A stretch of DNA of 64,000 nucleotides from a virus: positions 2,644 to 66,643 of IMG/VR virus record IMGVR_UViG_3300044701_004668; one strand, given 5' to 3'. How positions within the stretch are numbered: position 1 is the stretch's first letter; every line of letters starts with the position of its first letter. The notes under the pieces were generated by a model, which ran no database searches, was not told where the DNA came from, and saw only the letters and a list, made by a program, of their open reading frames with translations. Below, piece after piece: positions 29,612 to 39,277 of this stretch. The position numbers and the translations under genes are program-made.

Positions 29612-30469
29612 TTAGCTAGAGAAAGCCCGAGCCATCACAGGATCAAGCTTGCCAGCCGCACGAGCTTCATTCATCAAGCGACGTGCCTTGTCCGGGTTCT
29701 TGGACATCAACTCAGAAACCTGAGTCGCGTTCACCGAGCCAGTAGCAAACGGATTATTGCCAGAGGTGTAGGCAATCGTCCGTGACGGAGCCATGCCAGA
29801 TCCTGTCGCCCCCGATCCATTGAAGTAAACCGAATACTCCTCGTCTTCACGAAGACGGCTCACCGCATCGCGCAGGGAAACCGGCTCGTCCTCCGACCCG
29901 TAAACAACCGTCTCTTCGTCATCAAGCAGACGGAAATTTTCCCGCTCCAGCTTGTAGAGATGAGTGGGACGACGGCAATCAACCTTTGAAAGCTCCTCCA
30001 TAATCTTCTGCTCAAGGCGAGCAGCACGCCGCTTGTCACGCTCCTGATCGCGCTCTTTTGTAACTTGCTCCAGAAGCTTCTTCTGCTCCTGGGTCATGCG
30101 CTTCAGCGAAGCCAGCTCAGTCTTGATAGCGGTGTCCACGGCATCGGAAGGGGCCGTGAAGACCTGCTGCTGGGGCTGCTGACCGGCCTGCGGCTGCCCG
30201 GAGTCGGACTGTCCGCCCTCTTCCCCGCCCTGGCCCTCAGCGCCCCTCAGGGAAGCGATCTGATCAGCGATCTCGTCTTCGGTCATCTCGGCGGAAAGCT
30301 CGATCCCCGCCACCTTCAGGAAGGAATCGACGGCCTTGCGCTTCTTCAGATCCGACTGGAGCCCCTGCTTCGTCGCCTTGAGCTTGGCATTCTCGCTTTC
30401 CATTGCGTTAAGGCGAGCTTCAAGATCCTTGAAGGCGTTTGTGGCCTGCTCCAGGTTTTCAAAGTCCAT
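29612..30469 (-). CDS. Capsid scaffolding protein
   Basis: Coiled-coil, acidic, F...GATGSG...NPF C-terminus. Lies between portal and capsid. Confidence 0.8.
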   Translation of the reverse strand: MDFENLEQATNAFKDLEARLNAMESENAKLKATKQGLQSDLKKRKAVDSFLKVAGIELSAEMTEDEIADQIASLRGAEGQGGEEGGQSDSGQPQAGQQPQQQVFTAPSDAVDTAIKTELASLKRMTQEQKKLLEQVTKERDQERDKRRAARLEQKIMEELSKVDCRRPTHLYKLERENFRLLDDEETVVYGSEDEPVSLRDAVSRLREDEEYSVYFNGSGATGSGMAPSRTIAYTSGNNPFATGSVNATQVSELMSKNPDKARRLMNEARAAGKLDPVMARAFSS

Positions 30470-30501
30470 TGGGAGAAGTGAAGTTGTCAGCCAACTATAG
30501 C

Positions 30502-32226
30502 TTATGCCTCGTCGGGTTCAAACCCCCCTTCCTGATTTTCTCTGTCAGCGCCCTCACTCAAAGCGGTGGTGTTATCAACCTCGACCTGCTGCCTGGTAGA
30601 TCGCCCATCCTCAAGCTTTGCGTAGACGCCAAGCCCAAGTTCTTTTGCTGTTTCGCCCCCCTCCAGGCCCATCGCAGTCAAAATCTCCCTAATGTTGAAG
30701 CCCGAAATACCTTCAAAAAGCTCCCCGGCCTCAAGCATACGCATAAACAGTTCAATCGGAATAATTCCATCTTTGAACAGGCTGCTATAAGCCATGACTT
30801 GCTGGCTGTGCAGCTTAACAGGAATAAAGTTTTTGCTAATTTCCGCTCTAACAACAGGAAAATTGCGATAAGCGGCAGCATAAAGGAGGGCGCGATTCAA
30901 GGCATCCTCAAGAGATTGCACCAAAACAGCAAGTTGAGAGTCACTTTGAGAGCGATCAAGCAGTTTTGCGAAGCCAGATTCGGCCTGCGTCTTCCCAGTT
31001 GTCATTGCAACCGCAGCAAGACGCTCCATAGACTTCTCAATTCGCTCCAGATTCCTCAAAGTTACATCCGCCCCGTCCATTGTAGAGTTGATCATCCCAA
31101 ATCTTGCATCAGGATTCTCTGAAGTGAGACACCTGCCAGACCCCGATTTAACCTCATCGTCCGCCCGAACGCCAGTCATAGTCAAAATGGGCGAAGCGGT
31201 GAGGTGAATTGACTCTGCAAGATCCGCAGAAACCGCCCAATGATGAAGATTGAGGCGGGCAATATCAAGAAGGAGGGGGCGGGCACGGAAAAATGACTCC
31301 TTAATGCCCCCAAACACCGGAACAAACGGAATAAACGGAATTGAAAGGAAATTTTCCGAGTCAAGAATATATTTATCTGTATTATTTGGCGTATTCAGCT
31401 TTGCATAAGTCCTGCAGCGAACTCTTTGAGTCGAACTGAACGCAGTCGTAGAGTCCTGAAGCTCGGAAAAAGAAGAATTGGGGGCGGAGGGTTGAATATC
31501 GTAAACAAAAACAGCAGGAATCACCTCTTCAAAGAATTCGTTGTTTGGAGCAGCCCTCCTAATTTCCGTTTTTACCCTCAAGTAGGTCGGAAAAGCCCCA
31601 AAAAGCGACTGCCCGGCAATATTTACATTGTAAATATCGTATCTGCAGTCCAAAACTTGGTCTGTTTTCATCAGAACAAAGTAGGGGCGTGGGTTAAGTT
31701 CACGCTCTTCCTCTGCAGAAATACCCTCAGGAACTTTGGGATATTCAACCCAAATCCCCGCAACCCCATTGTCAAGGGCGGAAGTGAAAACTTCTTTGCA
31801 GTAAGAAGTCAGAGAATGCCCTTCAAGGTCGCAATCATCAAAAAATGTGCCCCAAGACCCATCAATGTCCTCGGGGAGAGCAATCCCCTTACGCAGGGCA
31901 GTACCAACTACAAGATTTCGCAAATGTGAATAGAACGGCTCAAAGCTGCTTTGTGCCCTGGTCTTGCGAACCTGATAAGTTGCAGCCTCCTCAAGGTAGT
32001 CCTGGGGAATATATTCGCTAGTCGCCTCGTACAGATAAAATTCAGGCAGCGTGCAAAACTTGATCGGTGAAATTCGTTCAAGTTGCTGGGCCTGCTCCAT
32101 CGAGTATTCCGCAACGCCCGTAACCCCCTCAACGTTGACCTCAAGCTCTGGGTGCCGCCTCTCAAACGGATCAAGCCCCAACGGGTCATCAGCGTTTGGG
32201 ACCAGGGAGTTAGCGACCTTGACCAC
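30502..32226 (-). CDS. Portal protein (DUF4055-like)
   Basis: 574 aa after TerL, with Y..R..RA, DCDLEG, G.AGIWVEYP, RPYF and PLL.DIA.LN..HW motifs. Confidence 0.88.
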   Translation of the reverse strand: MVKVANSLVPNADDPLGLDPFERRHPELEVNVEGVTGVAEYSMEQAQQLERISPIKFCTLPEFYLYEATSEYIPQDYLEEAATYQVRKTRAQSSFEPFYSHLRNLVVGTALRKGIALPEDIDGSWGTFFDDCDLEGHSLTSYCKEVFTSALDNGVAGIWVEYPKVPEGISAEEERELNPRPYFVLMKTDQVLDCRYDIYNVNIAGQSLFGAFPTYLRVKTEIRRAAPNNEFFEEVIPAVFVYDIQPSAPNSSFSELQDSTTAFSSTQRVRCRTYAKLNTPNNTDKYILDSENFLSIPFIPFVPVFGGIKESFFRARPLLLDIARLNLHHWAVSADLAESIHLTASPILTMTGVRADDEVKSGSGRCLTSENPDARFGMINSTMDGADVTLRNLERIEKSMERLAAVAMTTGKTQAESGFAKLLDRSQSDSQLAVLVQSLEDALNRALLYAAAYRNFPVVRAEISKNFIPVKLHSQQVMAYSSLFKDGIIPIELFMRMLEAGELFEGISGFNIREILTAMGLEGGETAKELGLGVYAKLEDGRSTRQQVEVDNTTALSEGADRENQEGGFEPDEA

Positions 32227-32331
32227 TGCCTTTTTGCATCACTATGGCTATTCTAACCCATCATTTTGGCCGGGGCGAAAAAAAATTGAAGGGGGCGGGT
32301 AAATAAAAATAGAGGGGGCGAAAGAAAAATA

Positions 32332-33735
32332 TCAACGCCACCGCTGACCGCGCCCGAGACCCATCGAGGGCCTTGGCATTGTTTGCCAGACGAGATACCT
32401 TACAGCGTCCCCAAAGTGTGAATAATCCAATCGCCCGCCCTTTGCAGGCTTGAGTGTATTGTCATACCCCCAGTTTTCCAGCATTTCTACAGTGTCGTGA
32501 CAGGACGAGACATTTACAGCAATCTGCCCCTTATTGAAGCAGTTGTTTGCGTGGACAACAGTTTCTGCAATTGGGGGGTTTCGGCGTTCCGCAATAACTT
32601 TCGCGCCCGTCTCTCTGAGAATGTCGTGATCGCTCATCGTGGAAGAGGTGCTCGCATGAGAGCCAGAGCTGTCTGGGTAGATCATCACCATGTTTCTTGC
32701 AACATGAGCCGCGTACTTTTTCTTGATATGCGCCCCAAGAGAGAAAGTATCCCTACAAATATGCTCATCGAAAATGTGTAAACCTTGGCCCCCGGAAGGC
32801 AAGGGGCGCATGACGGCATAAACACTGGAGACCTTGCCAACGTTGAAGTCGCACCCAATGAGAACGGCCTCGCCCGCCTCGGGATGAAAGACGTTGCTAT
32901 AATGCTTATCTCTGTCATATTCACTGAAGACAGTTGCGGTTTCAAGATTGACAAATTCCCCTCTAACGTAGGCGGCAACCAAGTGGGCAGGATATTTTTC
33001 AAGTAGGTCTTTCACGTAATTTTCGTCGAGATATGGGTTATCTCGCGTGTCAGCTCTATACAGCTTTTTGTCTTCGCCCGCATTTTTCTCAAAGAAATTC
33101 CATATAAATTTCCGCCCCTCAGGAGTGGAGGCGAAGCAGATCTGAGGGCAGCCCCCAACACGAACCCGGCCCTGCAGCCTGACCAGGGCGGCCTCAGCAA
33201 TGTCCTGCTTCACGGTGTCCGCCTCGTCAATCACCAGAGAAGCAGCGTTGATGCCCACCAAACGCTCATAGTTCAGCAAGGGCAGCAAAAGAATCAAAGT
33301 ATCGCCCTTAGGCAACTTCAGCGTAATCTCTGGAGTAGGGGCGCGACGAAAAGTATAAGGTATTCCATAACGATCCATCACCTTGAACCAGGCTGGCAGG
33401 GCCACCTGATTGATCATTGGGAAGGTGGGCTCAAGATAAATGTGCTGCTCGCCCTGAGAGCGAAAAGCCAAAAGTATTGCCTTGACAACAGAAGCGTAAG
33501 ATTTGCCCGCCCCAAGACCCCCAACATACAGGCAGTAGCGATGCTCAAAGTCACATACAAATTCTCGCTGCACAGGCAGCAAGTCATGAATCATTCTTTC
33601 TTCGCACGTTTCAACGTCAAAAGAATTACTGTTTCTTCTTTTGATGGCCTTGAGGGCCGAGGTATCATGAAAAAGCCCGAGCGATTGCAGAGATGCTCTA
33701 TCTGCATATTTTAGAGTTCGGGCTTTTGCAGGCAT
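32332..33735 (-). CDS. terL: Terminase large subunit
   Basis: Walker A GGLGAGKS, Walker B LVIDEA, STPEG coupling motif and RNase-H-like GCDFN...YPD...H..DAVRY. Confidence 0.95.
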   Translation of the reverse strand: MPAKARTLKYADRASLQSLGLFHDTSALKAIKRRNSNSFDVETCEERMIHDLLPVQREFVCDFEHRYCLYVGGLGAGKSYASVVKAILLAFRSQGEQHIYLEPTFPMINQVALPAWFKVMDRYGIPYTFRRAPTPEITLKLPKGDTLILLLPLLNYERLVGINAASLVIDEADTVKQDIAEAALVRLQGRVRVGGCPQICFASTPEGRKFIWNFFEKNAGEDKKLYRADTRDNPYLDENYVKDLLEKYPAHLVAAYVRGEFVNLETATVFSEYDRDKHYSNVFHPEAGEAVLIGCDFNVGKVSSVYAVMRPLPSGGQGLHIFDEHICRDTFSLGAHIKKKYAAHVARNMVMIYPDSSGSHASTSSTMSDHDILRETGAKVIAERRNPPIAETVVHANNCFNKGQIAVNVSSCHDTVEMLENWGYDNTLKPAKGGRLDYSHFGDAVRYLVWQTMPRPSMGLGRGQRWR

Positions 33736-33741
33736 ATCTAT

Positions 33742-34476
33742 CTATGGGGCAAGCTTCGCCTTGTGCAGGCGTTTTTCACTGTACCAGTTTGCAACCTCAG
33801 GCGCCCAATCAGCGAAGTGAGGCCACATCAGGTCACACAGCCATTGAATTTCAAGCTGGGCGTCGAGCTTGGATCTGAGGTCGAGGAAGTGCATCATCGC
33901 TCTCATGGTGAAGCTAACCACAAAATGCTGTCTAATTGCGTAGGGGATCAATTCCCTCGCGTGTTCTTCAGATTTGCCCTGCTGAATCTGATGGGCGTAG
34001 TGACAGGCAGAGTCATAACATTTCCCAAGATCTACAATTCTCTCGTCTTCGGTGTATTCGTAATCCGCCCCGGCACGATCTCTATATCTCTGAGGGGGGC
34101 GAAGGTAAAATACTTCTTCAACAGAACGAACCCCGGCTACCACGTCAAGAATTCTTTGAGAAGTATAACGCCCGGACTGAACATCAAAAGAAACCCCGAC
34201 ACGGTGAGTCCTTGCCTGCTGCATTACCGAGTGAGGAAACCACCCCACATTCAAGGTAATTTGAGGGTGCTCCAAACAGCCAAAATGCCCTCTATCTCCA
34301 TGCAACAGTCTTTTTACAGCAATCCGCCCGGCTGCAGACTCTTCAGGTAGCTCTTGATCTGCAACAAAATCCTCGCAGTAGTCTTGGTGCATCGCCGCGT
34401 AAATGCACCTCTGCGGCTCTTCTGTTCTGCGAATCAATGCGACTCGCAGCAGAGGGTCGATTTTTTCGGGCTTCAT
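33742..34476 (-). CDS. thyX: FAD-dependent thymidylate synthase
   Basis: GHFGCLEH, QQARTHR...FDVQSGRY (RHRx7SxR-type motif), EHAR, HFLDLR and AQLEI. Start at ATG 34476. Confidence 0.95.
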   Translation of the reverse strand: MKPEKIDPLLRVALIRRTEEPQRCIYAAMHQDYCEDFVADQELPEESAAGRIAVKRLLHGDRGHFGCLEHPQITLNVGWFPHSVMQQARTHRVGVSFDVQSGRYTSQRILDVVAGVRSVEEVFYLRPPQRYRDRAGADYEYTEDERIVDLGKCYDSACHYAHQIQQGKSEEHARELIPYAIRQHFVVSFTMRAMMHFLDLRSKLDAQLEIQWLCDLMWPHFADWAPEVANWYSEKRLHKAKLAP

Positions 34477-34664
34477 GGATTGAGTGACGCGAACATGCGA
34501 AGTGTAGCCTAGAATGGCGCGAAAGCTCAAACTGTTCTGCAAAATGCAAGAAAAAAATAAAATGATTAGAGTGTAAATATTGCGGTAAAATGAAAAAATA
34601 TTTGAGTGGAATGCTCAAAAAATATTTGGGGTGGGGGGCTGCCGCACCACCGCGCTAACTATAA

Positions 34665-34731
34665 CTCACCCCGCCTAACTTAACGGGGTGAGCATAGCTA
34701 ACTGTGCCCCGGTAGCTGTAACTACCGGGGC
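34665..34731. other. Two perfect inverted repeats downstream of the PQ-repeat gene
   Basis: CTCACCCCG-10nt-CGGGGTGAG and GCCCCGGTAG-6nt-CTACCGGGGC. Confidence 0.8.
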
Positions 34732-34738
34732 GGTGAAA

Positions 34739-35401
34739 CTATTTGCCGGTGATGATGTAGTCTGCCATCTTAACTAGTTGGTCATGCATAGCCTGTCTCC
34801 CATTAGGAGTGGCCATGATGTAACCATCTTCCGTTCTAGTTACCTTAGTCTTAAGCGTTTGTTGCATGGAAGTTACAAACTTCCCGACATCAGATACCCA
34901 AGTTCCGTTTGCTCCGGTTGAGGTGAGAATCAGGGCAAGATGTCCGACATGGAGTTTGCCGTATTGTGCCAACTTGGCACATACGATGGCACGCGCCTGC
35001 CAATTGGCCATACCCTCAGCCGTAACTAACCCGCGACGCACTTTATCTACATCCGGCGTCTGAGGGCCAGACTTAGAAAACTGCGGCGGGAACACCGCGC
35101 TAACTGTACGCTCTCTGACGGTAGGCCAGGCGCTCCAACCCAGCTCAGCGAGAGCCTCGCTCTCAGCCACTGAGAACGACCTGACGCCTTCCCATGGGTC
35201 GATGGGCGTGGTTTCCCGGTGGCGGCGGAGAGTCGGCTTTGCGGCCGCCATCTCGCTGACCATGGCGGCCATCATGGCCTTCAGTCCTGCCTGCAGCTCA
35301 GCACGGGTGGGTGGCTGGGGCTGGGGCTGGGGCTGGGGCTGGGGCTGGGGCTGGGGCTGGGGCTGGGGCTGGGGCTGTTCCTGGGGCTTGCGTGCAGGCA
35401 T
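34739..35401 (-). CDS. Hypothetical protein with N-terminal (PQ)n tract and possible C-terminal winged helix
   Basis: Start at ATG 35401 (MPARKPQEQPQPQ...), just downstream of a predicted promoter. Confidence 0.65.
   Translation of the reverse strand: MPARKPQEQPQPQPQPQPQPQPQPQPQPQPPTRAELQAGLKAMMAAMVSEMAAAKPTLRRHRETTPIDPWEGVRSFSVAESEALAELGWSAWPTVRERTVSAVFPPQFSKSGPQTPDVDKVRRGLVTAEGMANWQARAIVCAKLAQYGKLHVGHLALILTSTGANGTWVSDVGKFVTSMQQTLKTKVTRTEDGYIMATPNGRQAMHDQLVKMADYIITGK
35313..35377. repeat. (GGGGCT)n tandem repeat, about 10 units
   Basis: Ten GGGG runs separated by CT. Encodes poly-PQ on the minus strand. Confidence 0.95.
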
Positions 35402-35449
35402 GGATCTGTCAAATAAAGGGCGGCGAGGCCTCCGGCCCCGCTTGCGAGA

Positions 35450-35477
35450 ATCATACCACGGATCCGGCCGGCGGCAA
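35450..35477 (-). promoter_or_regulatory. Sigma70-like promoter for the PQ gene
   Basis: TTGCCG-16bp-TATGAT with extended -10 TG, then a GCGGGGC/GCCTCGC hairpin. Confidence 0.65.
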
Positions 35478-35704
35478 CACCCACACCTAAATAGATTTGC
35501 GCCACACCTAGAAACTAACCAACCACTCCAAACGCAAACTATAGCCACACTCGCAAACTTGCAACGATAACTATAACCGCGCGGGGCTTGTGATAACTAT
35601 AACTTATAACTTAGACTTCAGCCTATAACTTACAACTTACAATCTCAAACGTTAACCGTAACCTATAGATTCTCCTGACAACTCTATAAACTAAACTTAA
35701 ACCA

Positions 35705-35996
35705 TAACTTCTAACCATAACTATAACCATAACCTCTAACCATAACTATAACCATAACTATAACTATAACTTCTAACTATAACCATAACTATAACCATAA
35801 CTATAACTTCTAACTATAACCATAACTATAACTATAACTATAACTGTAACCATAACTATAACCATAACTGTAACTATAACCATAACTGTAACTATAACTA
35901 TAACTGTAACTATAACTATAACTGTAACTATAACTATAACTGTAACTATAACTGTAAGTGTAACTATAACTGTAAGTGTAACTATAACTGTAAGTG
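35705..35996. repeat. Tandem array of about 48 TAAC(CA/TA/TG/TTC/CTC) and TAAGTG units
   Basis: Parsed unit by unit from the sequence. Confidence 0.97.
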
Positions 35997-36047
35997 TTAA
36001 CCCTGAGTGAGAACTATAAGTGAAAGCCCCTGGCGAGTGTGGATGCT

Positions 36048-36186
36048 AAATGTGAATGCTAAGTGTGAATGTCACAGGTGAATGTCATAAGTGAATGTTA
36101 TAAGTGAATGTCACGGGTGAATGTCATAAGTGAATGTGAATGCTAAACATAAATGTCAAGGGCGTGAATCATAAATGTGAATGCTA
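36048..36186. repeat. Array of ~13-bp units with core GTGAATG
   Basis: Units such as ATAAGTGAATGTC, ACAGGTGAATGTC and ACGGGTGAATGTC. Confidence 0.9.
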
Positions 36187-36204
36187 AAAACACGAGGCTT
36201 GCGA

Positions 36205-36276
36205 CAACTATAACTATAACTATAACTATAACTATAACTGCAACCATAACTATAACTATGACTATGACTATAAGTG
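36205..36276. repeat. Second TAACTA-type array (12 hexamers)
   Basis: CAACTA (TAACTA)n ... TGACTA TAAGTG, ending exactly at the stop codon of the adjacent gene. Confidence 0.95.
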
Positions 36277-36660
36277 CTAACTCTCACTCTCAAAAACTGA
36301 ATCGAATTTCTTAAGATAAAACCCTTGCTTCTTTTTGCCCCCTACAGAAAAGATACCAGGGTCTATTAAATAATACTTGCCCCCATTCTCTTCTTGAAAG
36401 GGCGCAATTAACTTAGCCTTCTTCAATCGTGAAAGGCTGGAAGAAAGTGAACTCGCCGTAATCCCTAGCTCATCAGCGAGAGCTTTAACCATAAACTTAA
36501 TCTTCCCAGTCCTTGAATCACAAATGCTCATCATGATAAATAACACAGAAACGTCTCTCTGGTTAATGCACTTTTCTCGCAATAACTTAAATGTTTTCGC
36601 CCCTTGCCTAACATGAAAGATCCCAAACCCAAGCCCTTCCAAACCCTGATTTTCAGCCAT
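36277..36660 (-). CDS. Winged-helix DNA-binding protein, RepL-like
   Basis: LADELGITASSLSSSLSRLKKAKLI...YLIDP.IF..G resembles the plasmid/phage RepL-type HTH. Start taken at ATG 36660. Confidence 0.65.
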   Translation of the reverse strand: MAENQGLEGLGFGIFHVRQGAKTFKLLREKCINQRDVSVLFIMMSICDSRTGKIKFMVKALADELGITASSLSSSLSRLKKAKLIAPFQEENGGKYYLIDPGIFSVGGKKKQGFYLKKFDSVFESES

Positions 36661-36881
36661 AGTTTGAATTAGTTCACCAGTACTAAAAAAATCCAACCCA
36701 GTCATAGCAATGAGTCTCAACAGTGAGATTGTGCGCCACTTACAATTTCACTCTCAAAAACCCTGTCCCTGACTGGGCTGAATCGACGTTCTCTATTATC
36801 TTATTAGGTAAGAAGCTAGGGGATTCGCGCAACATACATTTGTCACATGCTTAAGGGTTCGCGTCATACAAATAAATCGCA

Positions 36882-37589
36882 TCATTCTTCAACTTCCTCC
36901 AATGCCGCCAGTAACTGATCAACCCCCAAACTCGACGCCTGTAGATTCTTCCCGAGGTCTGCAGCCTTAGAAGCCGCTGCTATGATTCCAGGCACATCCC
37001 TGAGATCGAGATTTTCCCCTTCGCGTAAAACTCTATCTAATGTCCGGTTAGCAACGGCTGCAAGTTTCGCGGCATTTGCACTTAAACTTCGCCCTATAAA
37101 CTCCTGCGTCTGTCGATACTCTTCAAGCTTCTTCTTATGCTCGATTGCTCTACGACTATTTTCCTCCTGCAAAAGCAACTGCAAATTGTGACGGTCATAA
37201 TCTGCAACTCTTTTCGCCCAACAGTTCTTTTCAGCTATCTTCAGGATTCGGTTTTCTGCAAAATTAAAGGTCAGAGATATATACTTTGTAGAACGTCCCG
37301 ATCCGCTATCGCGGTAGAGAGAAAACATTTCAAATTCTTTCTCGCCCTCTCCAGGGGACAACCTACCCCTAAAGTCCCAGGTATTTAACTTATTCACATT
37401 CATTGCATAAGGGTCTTCTAAACTTAAAGTTTCATCGCCCTCATCAAAAAGCCGCGAATCCTCGTAACTATCATCATCTGTAAATTCTTGTCGGGGCGAG
37501 TAAAACGAGCCTTCTTCGATAACCTTCAAGCTTGCAGATTCTTGCGGGGCGCTGAAATTTGTGTCTACGGGGAAACTTTCTTCATTCAT
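36882..37589 (-). CDS. Probable terminase small subunit
   Basis: GE..KEF..F..YRD.G..RS...W..R...YD HTH pattern followed by coiled coil. Same strand as, and upstream of, TerL. Confidence 0.55.
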   Translation of the reverse strand: MNEESFPVDTNFSAPQESASLKVIEEGSFYSPRQEFTDDDSYEDSRLFDEGDETLSLEDPYAMNVNKLNTWDFRGRLSPGEGEKEFEMFSLYRDSGSGRSTKYISLTFNFAENRILKIAEKNCWAKRVADYDRHNLQLLLQEENSRRAIEHKKKLEEYRQTQEFIGRSLSANAAKLAAVANRTLDRVLREGENLDLRDVPGIIAAASKAADLGKNLQASSLGVDQLLAALEEVEE

Positions 37590-37662
37590 AACTCAAGGGG
37601 GGCGAGGGGCGAAAATAACTTAGCACTAAATCTCTTTGTGTAGGGGGCGGGCAAATGTAAAA

Positions 37663-38148
37663 TCAGAACAGATCTAAATACTCTGTAGACTTCTGATAGA
37701 TAACCCGCCCGGAAAGTTCGTCTCTGTAGAAGATTCGAGGGGCGTGATAAATACTACCTAGGCAAATAATTACATGCTTCTCAACTTTATCTTGTTTGCG
37801 ATACTTGGTAAAGAGCATCGCAGTAACAGAAAAGCTCTTACAAATCTCTTGACAGTTATCTTGTATGTACTGCTGAATAGATGAGCAAAAACTAAAGCTG
37901 TCTCTGTCGAAGAGATTGGGGCGATCTATAATTTCAGATAAAAAGATTGACTTGTTAAACGCAACTTTGTTGTTTGACAGAGCGGAATAAAATGTGGCTT
38001 CGTCTTCTACCTCGATCGGCAAAGAAAAGATCTGCCCTTGATAAAGTAGAACTTGATTCTTATTTGACAGCATCCTTTTAACTGATCTCAGCCTTCTATG
38101 TACCTCAGCATTTGTCATGTAATTGCAGTTGCTAACTTTGTACGGCAT
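37663..38148 (-). CDS. Hypothetical protein
   Basis: 161-aa ORF with no recognised motif. Confidence 0.55.
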   Translation of the reverse strand: MPYKVSNCNYMTNAEVHRRLRSVKRMLSNKNQVLLYQGQIFSLPIEVEDEATFYSALSNNKVAFNKSIFLSEIIDRPNLFDRDSFSFCSSIQQYIQDNCQEICKSFSVTAMLFTKYRKQDKVEKHVIICLGSIYHAPRIFYRDELSGRVIYQKSTEYLDLF

Positions 38149-38414
38149 GAAAACTTATGTGGTCACAAGCCGAAAAATAATCAAATTCTCAAACTTTTGC
38201 AAGGTGTCGGGGGATTTCTGAGTGCTCGGGCAAACTCTGGCCTCGCCCATCTCTTCTCCGAGGCCCAGGAGCCTCAGGAAGCTGCCTCTAACCTCAGACA
38301 CGAGGAAAGACTAGGGGGCGGGGATAAAGCGCCTCACAGAGCCTCCTGAGAGGGCAGGGGCGAGAAAATAGAAATAAGTTGTTTATGAGTTATCTGTAAA
38401 TGCAGAAGAGCATT

Positions 38415-38446
38415 AAAAATGCGCCATGCTCAAAGAGCACAGCGCA
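38415..38446 (-). terminator. Terminator closing the early region
   Basis: TGCGCTGTGCTC-TTT-GAGCATGGCGCA followed by TTTTT. Confidence 0.8.
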
Positions 38447-38492
38447 CACACAATGTATTTAAGAAAAAGCTACAAACCAAATCACTGCATAA

Positions 38493-38684
38493 TCAATCAG
38501 CACTCTCCTCGTAAACAACTCTTGCCGTTGCCAGAATGTCTTCGTTGATGATTTCTCTGTTGCGACGCATAATGCTTTGCGCTTTCTCGATTGCAAGACT
38601 TTCGCTATTGTCAACTTCAGTAACAACTATTTCAGGCCCGCCATCAAAGCGAACGTGGTAGTTGGTGAAATAAGTTGCAGACAT
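38493..38684 (-). CDS. Small early protein
   Basis: 63-aa ORF in the early operon. Confidence 0.55.
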   Translation of the reverse strand: MSATYFTNYHVRFDGGPEIVVTEVDNSESLAIEKAQSIMRRNREIINEDILATARVVYEESAD

Positions 38685-38712
38685 GACTTAAGGGTGGGGG
38701 CGAGAAAAAGAT

Positions 38713-38973
38713 TCAGGCATAAACGGGATCTATTTGATCTCCGCAATGCCCACAGAGGAGTTCACTATCTTCATAATTTTCTTGGGCGCCAACTAGATCC
38801 CAACCATCTCCATAGGTAAAACCTATGGACATTCTCTCTGTTCTGCAGCACTTCCTGCAAATCGGAATCCCGTCCGACGCGACTCCATAAATGGAATCGC
38901 TGTTGGAAGAAATTACCTGATCTCGCACTTTGCGAGAAAGAAGCTGAACCTTGCGAAGCTCTAGATAATTCAT
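38713..38973 (-). CDS. Small Zn-finger early protein
   Basis: ICRKC...GW...NYED..L.CGHCG..I. Confidence 0.65.
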   Translation of the reverse strand: MNYLELRKVQLLSRKVRDQVISSNSDSIYGVASDGIPICRKCCRTERMSIGFTYGDGWDLVGAQENYEDSELLCGHCGDQIDPVYA

Positions 38974-39031
38974 TGATCTAAAAAAATGTGCGGTGCCTAT
39001 CTCCGCTGAAGGCAAAGAAAAAGGGATCGAA

Positions 39032-39256
39032 CTAAAATCTCCGGGCGATAGAAAAGTCCGGCCGGAAGACTATCCCCTGGTCCAAATCATGGATCAGGCT
39101 GCAGCCAAATTCTCGACTGTAAGCCTCCGGGGAGGCAAAAACCTGCCTCGGAATAAACCCAAACGAGGCATTGTATCTCGCTGTTTTCGCCCAGCGGCGA
39201 ACTTTTTTCTTGCTCCTGGAAAAGAAAACATCCAGATTGGCGATTGCGTAATACAT
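39032..39256 (-). CDS. Small early protein
   Basis: First ATG after promoter cassette 1. Confidence 0.55.
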   Translation of the reverse strand: MYYAIANLDVFFSRSKKKVRRWAKTARYNASFGFIPRQVFASPEAYSREFGCSLIHDLDQGIVFRPDFSIARRF

Positions 39257-39277
39257 AATTTTGAGGTAAAAGAAAAA

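Noticed and set aside
35202-35570. GW-, LG- and PS-repeat ORFs over the GGGGCT tract
   Set aside because: Alternative frames of the same repeat. Only the PQ frame continues into a long ORF with promoter and downstream hairpins.
35841-35996. GTAACTATAAC matches 23S rRNA helix 69 and the left part of the I-CeuI site
   Set aside because: The following GGTCCTAAGG and all other rRNA context are absent. The match arises from the hexamer repeat.
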